Positions 19,411 to 28,771 of a stretch of 64,000 nt of DNA are shown piece after piece. Each line of letters opens with the position of its first letter. Positions within the stretch are counted from its first letter, which is position 1. Both the position numbers and the translations under genes were made by a program. The notes beneath the pieces were generated by a model. That model was given only the letters and a program-made list of their open reading frames with translations. It did not search any database and was not told the origin of the DNA. Origin of the DNA: an uncultured Methanosarcinales archaeon (GTDB lineage: Archaea > Nanobdellota > Nanobdellia > Woesearchaeales > GW2011-AR15); NCBI GenBank assembly GCA_964552005.1, contig CAZKFC010000001.1, positions 109,934-173,933 on the forward strand, given 5' to 3'.

Positions 19411-19436
19411 CCAGAAAAAAATAACCACTTAGTCAA

Positions 19437-20195
19437 ATGGAAACTCTGTGTTTAATCCCAGTTTATAATGAAGATTCAACAATTGAGTTTCTGATTCATG
19501 AAATACACAAGTATGAGGTTGATATTCTTGTTGTGGATGACTGCTCAACAGATAAAACGCTTGAAAAAGTAAAAAAATGGGATATTAAGATAATATCTAA
19601 CAGCAAAAGGCTTGGTAAGGGTGGATGCATCATTAAGGGTCTTAAATTTGCCAGAAAAAACAATTATAAGACCCTTATAATCCTTGATGGGGACTTAGAA
19701 CACAACCCTAACTTAATTCCTTTATTCATTAGAAAGATATCTAGGTATGATATTGTTCTGGGACAGAGATGTGAGTTTAGATCTATACAAAGATTTATTT
19801 TAAATAGGTTTGGTGCTTTCTTTTTTAAATTACTCAACCAAAACATCTATGATATTTCATGTGGTTTTAAAATATTAAAAATTAGTTCTTTTAAACAAAT
19901 CCAATTTTACAGCAAGGGATTTGAAATTGATCTTGAAATTTTGCTGGAATCGTTAAAGAATGAACTAAGTATTGGTCTAATAAATATTCCTTCCAGAAAG
20001 ATTGAGAAAAGTCATTTAAAAATTTCAGATATGATCTCTTCAAATAATTATTTTGACAAATGGATTATCAGTAACATTAATCATTTTAAAATCAAAACAC
20101 ATAAAAAGATCTTATTATTAGTTTTTTCTTATATTGGTTTATTCATTGGAACAATGTTAGCCTTGGTCGTAAAATGGAAGACATTTTTAGAATAA
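19437..20195 (+). CDS. GT2 glycosyltransferase (dolichyl-phosphate sugar synthase-like) with a C-terminal TM helix
   Basis: LIPVYNEDSTIE ... VVDDCSTDKT ... DGD motifs. Confidence 0.8.
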   Translation: METLCLIPVYNEDSTIEFLIHEIHKYEVDILVVDDCSTDKTLEKVKKWDIKIISNSKRLGKGGCIIKGLKFARKNNYKTLIILDGDLEHNPNLIPLFIRKISRYDIVLGQRCEFRSIQRFILNRFGAFFFKLLNQNIYDISCGFKILKISSFKQIQFYSKGFEIDLEILLESLKNELSIGLINIPSRKIEKSHLKISDMISSNNYFDKWIISNINHFKIKTHKKILLLVFSYIGLFIGTMLALVVKWKTFLE

Positions 20196-20295
20196 TATTT
20201 TTGACTCATGTTCCTTATTATATTATCTCTTTTTTATCTATATATTATATTAGAAAAACACGAAAATATCTACGTGAAATTACTAGGAGATTATA

Positions 20296-20424
20296 ATGAA
20301 TACATCAACAGCAATAATTATTACACAGGTTCCAATTGCAATCTCAATTTTAGTAGGGTCATATGAGATTTATAAATTAAGAAAAGAATTGATGGGTTTA
20401 CTTGAAAAAATAACAAAAAAATAA
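20296..20424 (+). CDS. 42-aa single-TM micropeptide MNTSTAIIITQVPIAISILVGSYEIYKLRKELMGLLEKITKK
   Basis: Found by hand. It has an AGGAG RBS 7 nt upstream, and its stop sits 1 nt before the start of the next gene. Confidence 0.35.
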   Translation: MNTSTAIIITQVPIAISILVGSYEIYKLRKELMGLLEKITKK

Positions 20425-20425
20425 A

Positions 20426-21724
20426 ATGTTTTATCACTTTAAAGATTACTTTATTCTTTCACTGATCTTCTGGTTATCTGCTTTTTTTTTATTTACTCCG
20501 CAAATATTGGTAATTGATGGGATACAGTATTATGCACCTGTAAGATCCCTTGTAATAGATAAGGACATACAATATGATAATGAATTTAAGGAAATTTGCT
20601 CAAAAGATTTCACACCAGAAGTAAAAGAAACAAGTTGTACTTATTATATAAGTTATCAAACAGAGACAGGACATACAAGAAATAATGCTATGTTTGGCGC
20701 CACTTTTTTTTGGTTGCCTTTCTTTGTTTTTGCTCATACCTTATCTTTTCTATTTAATCTTCCAATAAACGGATACACAAACTTATATTTTAATATAACT
20801 CTTTTTGGGACGGTTGTATATTCCTATCTTGCCTTGCTTTTGATTTATAGATTTGTTAAAAATTATTTTGATATTTCAACATCTCTCTTTGCTGTAATAA
20901 TCTATTTTTTATCTTCTTCTTTTTTATTTTATGCATTTAAACAGCCAGCAAGTAATCATGGTATCTCTCTATTTACAACGGTTCTGTTTTTGAATTTTTA
21001 TTATTTGATTAAATCTAAAATAAAATTTTTTTGGATATTGCTTGGTTTTATTTCGGGATTAATGAGTATTGTTAGATGGAATAATCTGGTTTTTGTTATT
21101 CTTCCTGTAAAAAGATTAGTATTGGATTTTTTTAAAACAAAATCAAAAAAAAGTTTTATTCATCTGTTCTGTTTTAGTTTTGGTTTTTTAATTGCAGTGT
21201 TACCACAATTTATAGTTTTGAAAATTATATATGGTGTATGGGTAAAGAGTTTAGTATCTACAACATTGCAAATCTGGCCGAAATATTTTTTTCACATCTT
21301 TATTTTACCACCCCATGGAATAATTTTATGGACTCCGATAACCATTTTTTCACTAATTGGATTAATACATCTTTTCAGACAACACAAAAATTTAAGAGAA
21401 TTACTTCTGGTTTTTTGGATAACTGTATTTTTTCTATCCACGTTTGAATATTACCATGGGGGTTCTTCATTTGGGATAAGATATCTCTTTGGTATGACAC
21501 CTGTTTTTATTTTGGGTCTGGCCTCTTTTTTGGAAAGATTTAAGTTATCCAGGAGATATTACACACTTTTCTTTTTACCTTTTATTGTTTGGAACTTGCT
21601 ACTAATATCTCAGATAGATAAAAATTATCTCCTATTAGCGCATTTTCAATCTTTTAAAGAGATGTTCTTTAATCAATTCAGATCTTGGGAGAATTTATGG
21701 AATATGCTGTTAACTAGACTCTAG
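20426..21724 (+). CDS. Polytopic membrane protein, possibly a GT-C glycosyltransferase or glycan polymerase
   Basis: At least 10 TM helices; lies within the glycosylation cluster. Confidence 0.4.
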   Translation: MFYHFKDYFILSLIFWLSAFFLFTPQILVIDGIQYYAPVRSLVIDKDIQYDNEFKEICSKDFTPEVKETSCTYYISYQTETGHTRNNAMFGATFFWLPFFVFAHTLSFLFNLPINGYTNLYFNITLFGTVVYSYLALLLIYRFVKNYFDISTSLFAVIIYFLSSSFLFYAFKQPASNHGISLFTTVLFLNFYYLIKSKIKFFWILLGFISGLMSIVRWNNLVFVILPVKRLVLDFFKTKSKKSFIHLFCFSFGFLIAVLPQFIVLKIIYGVWVKSLVSTTLQIWPKYFFHIFILPPHGIILWTPITIFSLIGLIHLFRQHKNLRELLLVFWITVFFLSTFEYYHGGSSFGIRYLFGMTPVFILGLASFLERFKLSRRYYTLFFLPFIVWNLLLISQIDKNYLLLAHFQSFKEMFFNQFRSWENLWNMLLTRL

Positions 21725-21824
21725 ATGTATATTTTTAGTATGTTATAGGGAAGGGTCCACTTTCTAGGCTATTATCTTAATAAATACCATAAATATTAAA
21801 TAAACGCCAAAGCTATTCTGTGAT

Positions 21825-22688
21825 ATGATAGAAATAGCCATAGGGATTATAGCATATAATGAAGAGAAGAATCTACCTAAATTACTTGATATAATTAAGG
21901 ACTTAAAAATAAAAGAACTCTTTTTGTTTTCCGATGGGAGTACTGATAAAACCAATAATATAATTATGAATTTTAAGGGTAAAAAGACGAATAATGTTTA
22001 TAAGATAATTGGGAAAAAGAGAAGAGGGAAGTATTTTAGGATAAATCAATTTATTGAGAAAACTACTTGTGATATCTTACTACTTTGTAACGGAGATATT
22101 TTACCTAAAGAAGGGTTCCTAAAGAAGATTATTAAATTTATGCAAGATAAAACCATAGCTATAATCACAACAAGAGGCGTATGTGTGAATAAGAAGGATT
22201 CTTTGTTGAATCAGGCAGTACATGTTTATTGGGAGCTGCATCATGAATTTAGCTTAATTCAACCAAAAGGAACAGGCTTGCTAGCATTAAGAAAAGAAAG
22301 GATTAAATTGCCTAAAACATCTGTAGATGAGATCTACTTAATATCTTTACTTGAAAAAAAAGGTCGTATAAAATATGCAGACAATATTACATATTACACA
22401 AAAAGTCCAGAAAAACTAAGTGAGTTTGTAAAACAAATAAGAAGATATCATAATGGTCATAAAATTGTTGCAAAGAAAACAAATTTTAAAGATATAACTT
22501 TAAATTATGTGCAAAGTATAAAAATTATTTTCAATTACTTGACACATAACACAAATAAAATTTTACTGTTTTTTATGCTTCTCTGCATTGAAATGCTAGG
22601 GAGAATTTTAGCAAATTTTGATTATTTTTTTAAGGAAGAACAACCTGTGTGGGATGTTGCAGAATCTACAAAGAATTTGAAAATTTAA
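21825..22688 (+). CDS. GT2 glycosyltransferase
   Basis: IGIIAYNEEKNL ... SDGSTD ... DxD-like motifs. Confidence 0.7.
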   Translation: MIEIAIGIIAYNEEKNLPKLLDIIKDLKIKELFLFSDGSTDKTNNIIMNFKGKKTNNVYKIIGKKRRGKYFRINQFIEKTTCDILLLCNGDILPKEGFLKKIIKFMQDKTIAIITTRGVCVNKKDSLLNQAVHVYWELHHEFSLIQPKGTGLLALRKERIKLPKTSVDEIYLISLLEKKGRIKYADNITYYTKSPEKLSEFVKQIRRYHNGHKIVAKKTNFKDITLNYVQSIKIIFNYLTHNTNKILLFFMLLCIEMLGRILANFDYFFKEEQPVWDVAESTKNLKI

Positions 22689-24517
22689 TTTAAAGACTTT
22701 ACTATCTCAACAATCTTTTTCCCCTCAGCCTTTCCCCTCAGCTTACTCATCACTTTTCCAACCAAAGTATTTAAAGGAAGATTTTTATTCTTAACAATAA
22801 TCTTCTTAATCTCTTCTTCTAGCTCTTTATCACTCAATAATTTGTATTTTGAATAATCTATCCTCTTATTATGGGCAATTTCAACAAGGATCTCAAACAC
22901 AGCATCTTTGCTTATCTCTTTTCTATCTAATTTATCAAAAATCTCATCAATATAGTTGCCAATATCAATCTCTTTATTATATCTTTTTTTAATCTCTTTC
23001 GGCATTTCTATTAATGTTCTTACAATAAAGCTGGGCTTGATCTTTTTATGCTTATTTACATAATACTCCAAATCAACATCTTTTTTTATCAATTCTTTTG
23101 TAATACCTTGCGTAATCTTGTATCGCTTTGATATCCTTTCTATTTTTTCAGATACTAATTCAGGTATTTCAATAGACTCGAGAACTTTTTTTGTTACTTT
23201 TATGTTTGGGATATCAGTCTCAGGATATAATCTATGCGCCCCGGGCAATGGCCTTGCATATGAGCTGGTTGCATCATTATGATTTGGAATGCGTGTTTCT
23301 TCGGGCACACCTTTTAAACAGTATAATGCGCGTTCATAAACAGCATTTATTGCTTTCTCTGCAATTCCTTTTTTCTCAGCAATAATCAGAATTAAATTAC
23401 TCTCTTTTGCATTGAATAATTTCCTTAATTTTTTAAACTCATTTTCTAGTTTATATTTTTTTAAATCCTCATCAGTATGAATAAGGCCTTTTGTTCCGTA
23501 TGATTTTGCATATTCGCTTACTTCCTTGCCAAAAGTTTTTCCAGGGCATAATTCTTTTTTTAGTAAGCCAGAAAAACCAGGTAATAAAAGAGCATATACT
23601 TTGCTATTATTTTTTATTAAATTAGAAATAATTTTTGATTTTGTTTTTCTGAAAATATGAGTAACGTCTTTTTCTTTTTTATTGAATTTTTTAACTTTTC
23701 TAAGTTTAAGTTCTTTTTTTATTTGCAATAAATTAAATTGTCTTAATACCTCATTTTCGACCAATTTCTCAATCTTTCTCAAATCCTGCCATCCTTTGAC
23801 CTCAATTCTCGCGCCATTCCTGATAGAAATATTGACGTCCTGCCTTATGCTTCCAATGCCTCTTTTAACATTAAAAGACCTTAACATCGTTCCAATTTGT
23901 AAAGCAACTTCTTTTACATGGCTTGGATCTTTAAGAGAAGCATCTGTACCTAATTCAAGTAAGGGAATTCCTAATCTGGATAAAGAATAATACACTTTAT
24001 TATGTTCTTTTTTTTCGATTTTGCAGGCATCTTCTTCTAAATTTAGCAAAGTAACTTTAACATTTCCTTTTGATGTTTTAATATATGAAGAATCACTTTC
24101 AATACCAACTAACATTGTTCTCTGGAATCCAGTAATTGCAGATCCGTCTGTCACTGTTTTTCTCATGACACATATTGTATCAGGAATCTTTAATTTAAGG
24201 AGTTTGGCAACACCTAGTGCTATAGTGAAAGCATCTTTATTAACAGGATGCGGAGGCTCTTCATCTAAATCAACCAGGCATGCTTCATTCTCATATCCAT
24301 GATAAATAAACAAACGATCTCTAAACTGTTCATATGCGCTTGCTAAATCAATCTCGCCAGTTTCACCGGCAACAGCCCTTAATTTTCTTACTGTTTCAGA
24401 AATTAGCTTATTTTCAGTCATTGTAGAAGAACAATTACAGAATAATTTTTTGGTGTTTAATTCTTGGTGGATTTCTATGCCTGCTTTGAAACCGAGTTTT
24501 TTATAGTCTAGACGCAT
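22685..24517 (-). CDS. gatE: Archaeal Glu-tRNA(Gln) amidotransferase subunit E (GatE). The start was trimmed to the MRLDYKKLGFKAGIEIHQ Met.
   Basis: LGFKAGIEIHQELNTKKLFCNCSS catalytic signature; GAD insertion; C-terminal YqeY-like tail; about 610 aa. Confidence 0.85.
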   Translation of the reverse strand: MRLDYKKLGFKAGIEIHQELNTKKLFCNCSSTMTENKLISETVRKLRAVAGETGEIDLASAYEQFRDRLFIYHGYENEACLVDLDEEPPHPVNKDAFTIALGVAKLLKLKIPDTICVMRKTVTDGSAITGFQRTMLVGIESDSSYIKTSKGNVKVTLLNLEEDACKIEKKEHNKVYYSLSRLGIPLLELGTDASLKDPSHVKEVALQIGTMLRSFNVKRGIGSIRQDVNISIRNGARIEVKGWQDLRKIEKLVENEVLRQFNLLQIKKELKLRKVKKFNKKEKDVTHIFRKTKSKIISNLIKNNSKVYALLLPGFSGLLKKELCPGKTFGKEVSEYAKSYGTKGLIHTDEDLKKYKLENEFKKLRKLFNAKESNLILIIAEKKGIAEKAINAVYERALYCLKGVPEETRIPNHNDATSSYARPLPGAHRLYPETDIPNIKVTKKVLESIEIPELVSEKIERISKRYKITQGITKELIKKDVDLEYYVNKHKKIKPSFIVRTLIEMPKEIKKRYNKEIDIGNYIDEIFDKLDRKEISKDAVFEILVEIAHNKRIDYSKYKLLSDKELEEEIKKIIVKNKNLPLNTLVGKVMSKLRGKAEGKKIVEIVKSLN

Positions 24518-24601
24518 ATAACAAGTGATATTAGCATTATTTAAATAAATTTTGTCTAAGAGAGAAAATATTTTAAATAAACTTTGCTTAACTAATTTAA
24601 T

Positions 24602-25012
24602 ATGAGACGCTATACTAAAGAACAACTTATTTTTTATCTAAAAAAACTAGCTAAAGAATTAAAAAAAAGTCCAACTATAAAAGATATGAACAATAAAAAG
24701 AAATATCCTTCTGCTTCAACATATTTTAAAAGATTTGGTTCTTGGAACAATTCTTTAAAAAAAGCAGGTCTTAAGATTAATGTAAGGAAAAAATACAGTA
24801 AAAAAGAATTAATTGAAAATGTTAAATTATTGGCAAAGGAAATTGGAGACATCCCTAAAGCAGTTCATTTAAAAAAGAAAAAATGGATTGCATCTTATTC
24901 TACATACAGAAAGTACTTTGGCAGCTGGAAAAAAACTTTGAAAGCTGCGGGAATAGCAAAAACAGAACAAATATTAAATCTAAAGGAGTTTACAAGGAAA
25001 AAAAGAAGATAA
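24602..25012 (+). CDS. Hypothetical basic protein with an internally duplicated motif of about 35 aa (homing-endonuclease-associated-repeat-like)
   Basis: KYPSASTYFKRFGSWNNSLKKAGL versus ASYSTYRKYFGSWKKTLKAAGI. Confidence 0.4.
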   Translation: MRRYTKEQLIFYLKKLAKELKKSPTIKDMNNKKKYPSASTYFKRFGSWNNSLKKAGLKINVRKKYSKKELIENVKLLAKEIGDIPKAVHLKKKKWIASYSTYRKYFGSWKKTLKAAGIAKTEQILNLKEFTRKKRR

Positions 25013-25043
25013 ATTTAAATTAAGTTCTTTATTCATTAGATTT

Positions 25044-26801
25044 ATGTTGTACAAAGAGCTTGTTGAATTATACGAGAAATTAGATAGTACTTCTAAAAGA
25101 TTGGAGAAAATTTATTATTTATCTGAATTAATTAAAAAGACAGAAGCTAAAAATTTAGCGCTAATTATGTTAATGGCCCAAGGAAAAATATTTCCTGATT
25201 GGGAGGATAAGAAAATTGGCGTTGCTTCTAAACTTATTATTAAAGCCATTCAAAGAACTACTGGCATTTCAATAAAAGAGATTGAAGAAGAATGGAAAAA
25301 ACAAGGCGATTTAGGTAATGTTGCTCAGCTATTAATAAAAAAAAAGAAGCAATCATCATTATTTCCAAAAAGATTAACTGTGGAAAAGGTTTATAATAAT
25401 CTAAAAAGTTTAGCATCTTTAGAAGGAAAGGGCAGTGTTGATAATAAAATAAATATTATCTCTGAATTATTGATTAATTCTACGCCGATAGAAGCTAAAT
25501 ATATTATAAGGACAGCTATTGATAATCTAAGGGTAGGAATAGGTTCTGGAAGTATCAGAGATGCGTTGGTCTGGGCCTTTTTTTCAGATGAATTAGATAT
25601 TAAATATGATCCTGAAAATGTTAAAATTGAGGTTAAAGATCGTGCTAGGTATAACGAGGTTCTTGAGAAGGTCAGGCATGCTTATGATTTAACAAATGAT
25701 TTTGGTAAAATCGCTTTAATATTAAAAGAAAAAGGTCTTAATGGATTAAATGAACTTTCTTTACAAGTTGGCAAGCCAATTAATGTTATGCTCTACCAAA
25801 AAGCAAAGAATATTGAAGATGCTTTTTCTATTGTTGGGAAGCCAGCTGCTTTTGAATTTAAATATGATGGTTTTAGAATGCAGATTCATATAGATAAAGA
25901 CATTCAAATATTTACAAGAAGATTAGAAAATGTTACAGAACAATTTCCAGAAGTTGTTTCTTATCTAAGAAAATATGTTAAAGTTAAAAATGCAATTTTA
26001 GATGCTGAAGCTGTTGGATTTGATCCTTCAACTAAGAACTATGTTCCGTTCCAAAAAATATCTCAGCGTATAAAAAGGAAGTATGATATTAAAAATATGG
26101 CCAAAAGATTCCCTGTTGAAGTCAATATATTTGATGTTCTTTATTATAATAATAATAATTTACTTAGTAGACCATTTAAAGAGAGACGGGAGATACTTGA
26201 AAAAATTGTTATAGAAAAACCAAGAAAAATAGTTTTGGCAAAACAAATTATTACTGCTAATTTAAACAAAGCACAAAAATTTTATGATCAATCTCTAAAA
26301 TTAGGTGAAGAGGGGATAATGGCCAAAAACCTTAATAGTGTATATAAGCCAGGTTCTCGTGTAGGATATGGTGTCAAGATTAAGCCAATCTTAGAGCCGT
26401 TAGATTTAGTTATTGTGGCTGCAGAATATGGTGAAGGTAAAAGAAGTGGCTGGCTAACTAGTTTTTATTTGGCCTGTTCTGATAATGGTCAATTAAAAGA
26501 AATTGGCAAGGTAAGCACAGGTCTAAAAGAACTTGAGAAAGAGGGTGTTACATTCAAAAAATTAACAGAGTTATTAAAACCATTAATTACAGAATCTTCA
26601 GGCAAACATGTTATAGTTAAGCCCAAAATTATTATTGAGGTTGGTTATGAAGAAATTCAGAAATCTGTTAATTATGATAGCGGTTATGCATTAAGATTCC
26701 CAAGATTTTTAAGATTAAGGACAGATGAAAAAACAATTAAAGATATAAATACAATAGATGATGTAAAAAAATTATATATCCAGCAAAGGGGTTGTAATTA
26801 A
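25044..26801 (+). CDS. lig: ATP-dependent DNA ligase
   Basis: EFKYDGFRMQIH (KxDG adenylation motif), EGIMAK, and a C-terminal OB domain. Confidence 0.9.
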   Translation: MLYKELVELYEKLDSTSKRLEKIYYLSELIKKTEAKNLALIMLMAQGKIFPDWEDKKIGVASKLIIKAIQRTTGISIKEIEEEWKKQGDLGNVAQLLIKKKKQSSLFPKRLTVEKVYNNLKSLASLEGKGSVDNKINIISELLINSTPIEAKYIIRTAIDNLRVGIGSGSIRDALVWAFFSDELDIKYDPENVKIEVKDRARYNEVLEKVRHAYDLTNDFGKIALILKEKGLNGLNELSLQVGKPINVMLYQKAKNIEDAFSIVGKPAAFEFKYDGFRMQIHIDKDIQIFTRRLENVTEQFPEVVSYLRKYVKVKNAILDAEAVGFDPSTKNYVPFQKISQRIKRKYDIKNMAKRFPVEVNIFDVLYYNNNNLLSRPFKERREILEKIVIEKPRKIVLAKQIITANLNKAQKFYDQSLKLGEEGIMAKNLNSVYKPGSRVGYGVKIKPILEPLDLVIVAAEYGEGKRSGWLTSFYLACSDNGQLKEIGKVSTGLKELEKEGVTFKKLTELLKPLITESSGKHVIVKPKIIIEVGYEEIQKSVNYDSGYALRFPRFLRLRTDEKTIKDINTIDDVKKLYIQQRGCN

Positions 26802-27850
26802 ATTAATTTGTTCTTTATTAGAAATTTATAAATTTCTTCACTTACAAACTTGTGTCCGTTCTCATTTAAATGAAATTCATCACTTATATAATAACTTGTC
26901 GGGTCTTCGCTCTCTTTAAATAAAGGGTATAAATCAAGATAATAAATCTTGTTTTTGTTAGTAATTTTTTTTAAAATGTTTGCTATCTTTTTTTGGTCAA
27001 AGTTATTATTATTCATTGTATTATCAAATTGCATTTTTATTGGCAAATTTACTATTACCAATTTTATATTCTTTTTTATGCAAATTTTATTTATCTCTTC
27101 AATTAGTTTAGTAAATAATTTTACGGATTCTCGCATCTCATATGTTTCATTTTTAAGAAACAATATGGCATCAGCATTATACCCTTTATTATCTTTAAAG
27201 AACACACCATTAGTTACTTCATTAAATATATATTCGAAACTTCCATAATTTTTCCCTAACCTTAACTGTAACATATAAACTGCCTGTGATTTTATCGCTA
27301 AGTTCCAAAGAAACTGATCTATTTTTGATAAATAAAATGCTTTATTGTTTTTATCTAGAATTAATTGATTATCTTTTATATAGAATAGCCTTTTTACATA
27401 ACTCTCTCTCAAATCATTCGGTGCTACTACCAAAATCATAATGTCAGGGTTATATCTTATAACATGATTTTTTAGAACCAAATATTCTTGATCTGTGGCG
27501 TAAGCAGACACTCCAAAATTCAATATTTCTGAATCTTCAAATTTATCTTGTATAATTCCAGGAAAAATCATTTGTCTAGGAAAACTTACTCCAGCAGTAT
27601 AAGAATCTCCAACAAATACAATTCTTTTTGAACTTTTTTCTAATTTATGGTTAGAATCTCTAAAACCAAAAGAATTGGTTGTAAACGTATCTAATCTTAG
27701 ATTATGGACATAAGTCCATACTAAGACATTATCATATTGGATAACAGGCCTTGAATATTCTAAAAAAATTATTCTGGTACTTAATTCAAGAAGGAGCAAT
27801 GCAAATAATATAGTAAAAATACCTAAAAAAACTCGGTTTTTTAGCTTCAT
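26798..27850 (-). CDS. SGNH/GDSL-type hydrolase with an N-terminal signal anchor
   Basis: IVFVGDSYTAG motif (GDSx). Confidence 0.55.
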   Translation of the reverse strand: MKLKNRVFLGIFTILFALLLLELSTRIIFLEYSRPVIQYDNVLVWTYVHNLRLDTFTTNSFGFRDSNHKLEKSSKRIVFVGDSYTAGVSFPRQMIFPGIIQDKFEDSEILNFGVSAYATDQEYLVLKNHVIRYNPDIMILVVAPNDLRESYVKRLFYIKDNQLILDKNNKAFYLSKIDQFLWNLAIKSQAVYMLQLRLGKNYGSFEYIFNEVTNGVFFKDNKGYNADAILFLKNETYEMRESVKLFTKLIEEINKICIKKNIKLVIVNLPIKMQFDNTMNNNNFDQKKIANILKKITNKNKIYYLDLYPLFKESEDPTSYYISDEFHLNENGHKFVSEEIYKFLIKNKLI

Positions 27851-27902
27851 AATATTCAGTATATCAGCAAACTTTAAATAATTTCATTAACTACAATAGT
27901 TT

Positions 27903-28064
27903 ATGGCTAAATGTTCCATATGCAATAAAAAAATAGAAACTACTTTTTTAAATAAGCTAATAGGCACATACATAAAAGATAAAAAAGGAAAGAAACATGC
28001 GGTTTGTTTTGAATGTCAGAAAAAATTTCCTTCTAAAGAAGAATTATTAAAAAACATAAAATAA
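27903..28064 (+). CDS. 53-aa zinc-ribbon protein (CxxC...CxxC)
   Basis: Found by hand: MAKCSICNKKIETTF...HAVCFECQKKF. Confidence 0.35.
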   Translation: MAKCSICNKKIETTFLNKLIGTYIKDKKGKKHAVCFECQKKFPSKEELLKNIK

Positions 28065-28098
28065 TTTTTAAATCCAATGTTGTTTCTTGGCTTTTATG

Positions 28099-28171
28099 CC
28101 CTCGTAGCTCAGTGGCTAGAGCGACAGTCTCGTAAACTGTAGGTCGGGAGTTCAACTCTCCCCGAGGGCTT
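28099..28171 (+). tRNA. tRNA-Thr (anticodon CGT)
   Basis: Hand fold: acceptor GCCCTCG/CGAGGGC; D-arm TAGCTCAGTGGCTAGAGC; anticodon stem ACAGT/ACTGT with loop CT-CGT-AA; T-arm GGGAG-TTCAACT-CTCCC. Confidence 0.85.
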
Positions 28172-28177
28172 ATTACA

Positions 28178-28771
28178 ATGACTCATTATTACTCAGAAAA
28201 ACAAAACTCAAAGTTAAATTTGAAAAAAATACTTATAAAATTGAAAAATAAAGAGTTTGAATTATATAGTGCTTCAGGCATCTTTTCTAAAAATAAAGTC
28301 GACAAAGGTACTAAGTTACTAATTGAAAACTGTGTTATTGAACCAATTTGGTCTGTCTTAGACATTGGTTGTGGTATTGGAGTTATAGGTATTGCTGTTA
28401 AACTGTTAAATCCCTCTACAAAAGTAATAATGTCTGATATTAATCAAAGAGCTGTTATGATAAGTAAAAAAAATGTTAAGTTACATAATTTAGATATAGA
28501 AGTTATTAAAAGCAATTTATATTCAAAAATTAAAGATAAATTTGACACTATCTTAGTTAATCCGCCGCAGACAGCAGGTAAAGAAATTTGTTTTAAAATA
28601 ATTGATGGTGCAAAGAAACATCTTAATGAAAAAGGATTTTTACAATTAGTGGCCAGGCATAATAAAGGCGGCTCCATGTTAGAAAAATATATGAAAGAAA
28701 TCTTTGGTAATGTCAAACAGATAGCAAAAGGCTCTGGCTATAGATTATATGTCAGTCTTATGAATAGTTAA
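28178..28771 (+). CDS. Methyltransferase small-domain protein (RsmC/HemK-like N2-G or N6-A methyltransferase)
   Basis: VLDIGCGIGVIG motif I and NPPQ motif IV. Confidence 0.6.
   Translation: MTHYYSEKQNSKLNLKKILIKLKNKEFELYSASGIFSKNKVDKGTKLLIENCVIEPIWSVLDIGCGIGVIGIAVKLLNPSTKVIMSDINQRAVMISKKNVKLHNLDIEVIKSNLYSKIKDKFDTILVNPPQTAGKEICFKIIDGAKKHLNEKGFLQLVARHNKGGSMLEKYMKEIFGNVKQIAKGSGYRLYVSLMNS

Noticed and set aside
23191-24302. Plus-strand ORFs 23191-23385, 23682-23990 and 24021-24302 inside gatE
   Set aside because: They are antisense to conserved GatE and look spurious.
22685-24625. Full-length 646-aa reading of the gatE ORF
   Set aside because: The first 36 codons (MFFSIASHIKLV...) precede the conserved GatE N-terminus, so the start was moved to the MRLDYKKLGF Met.
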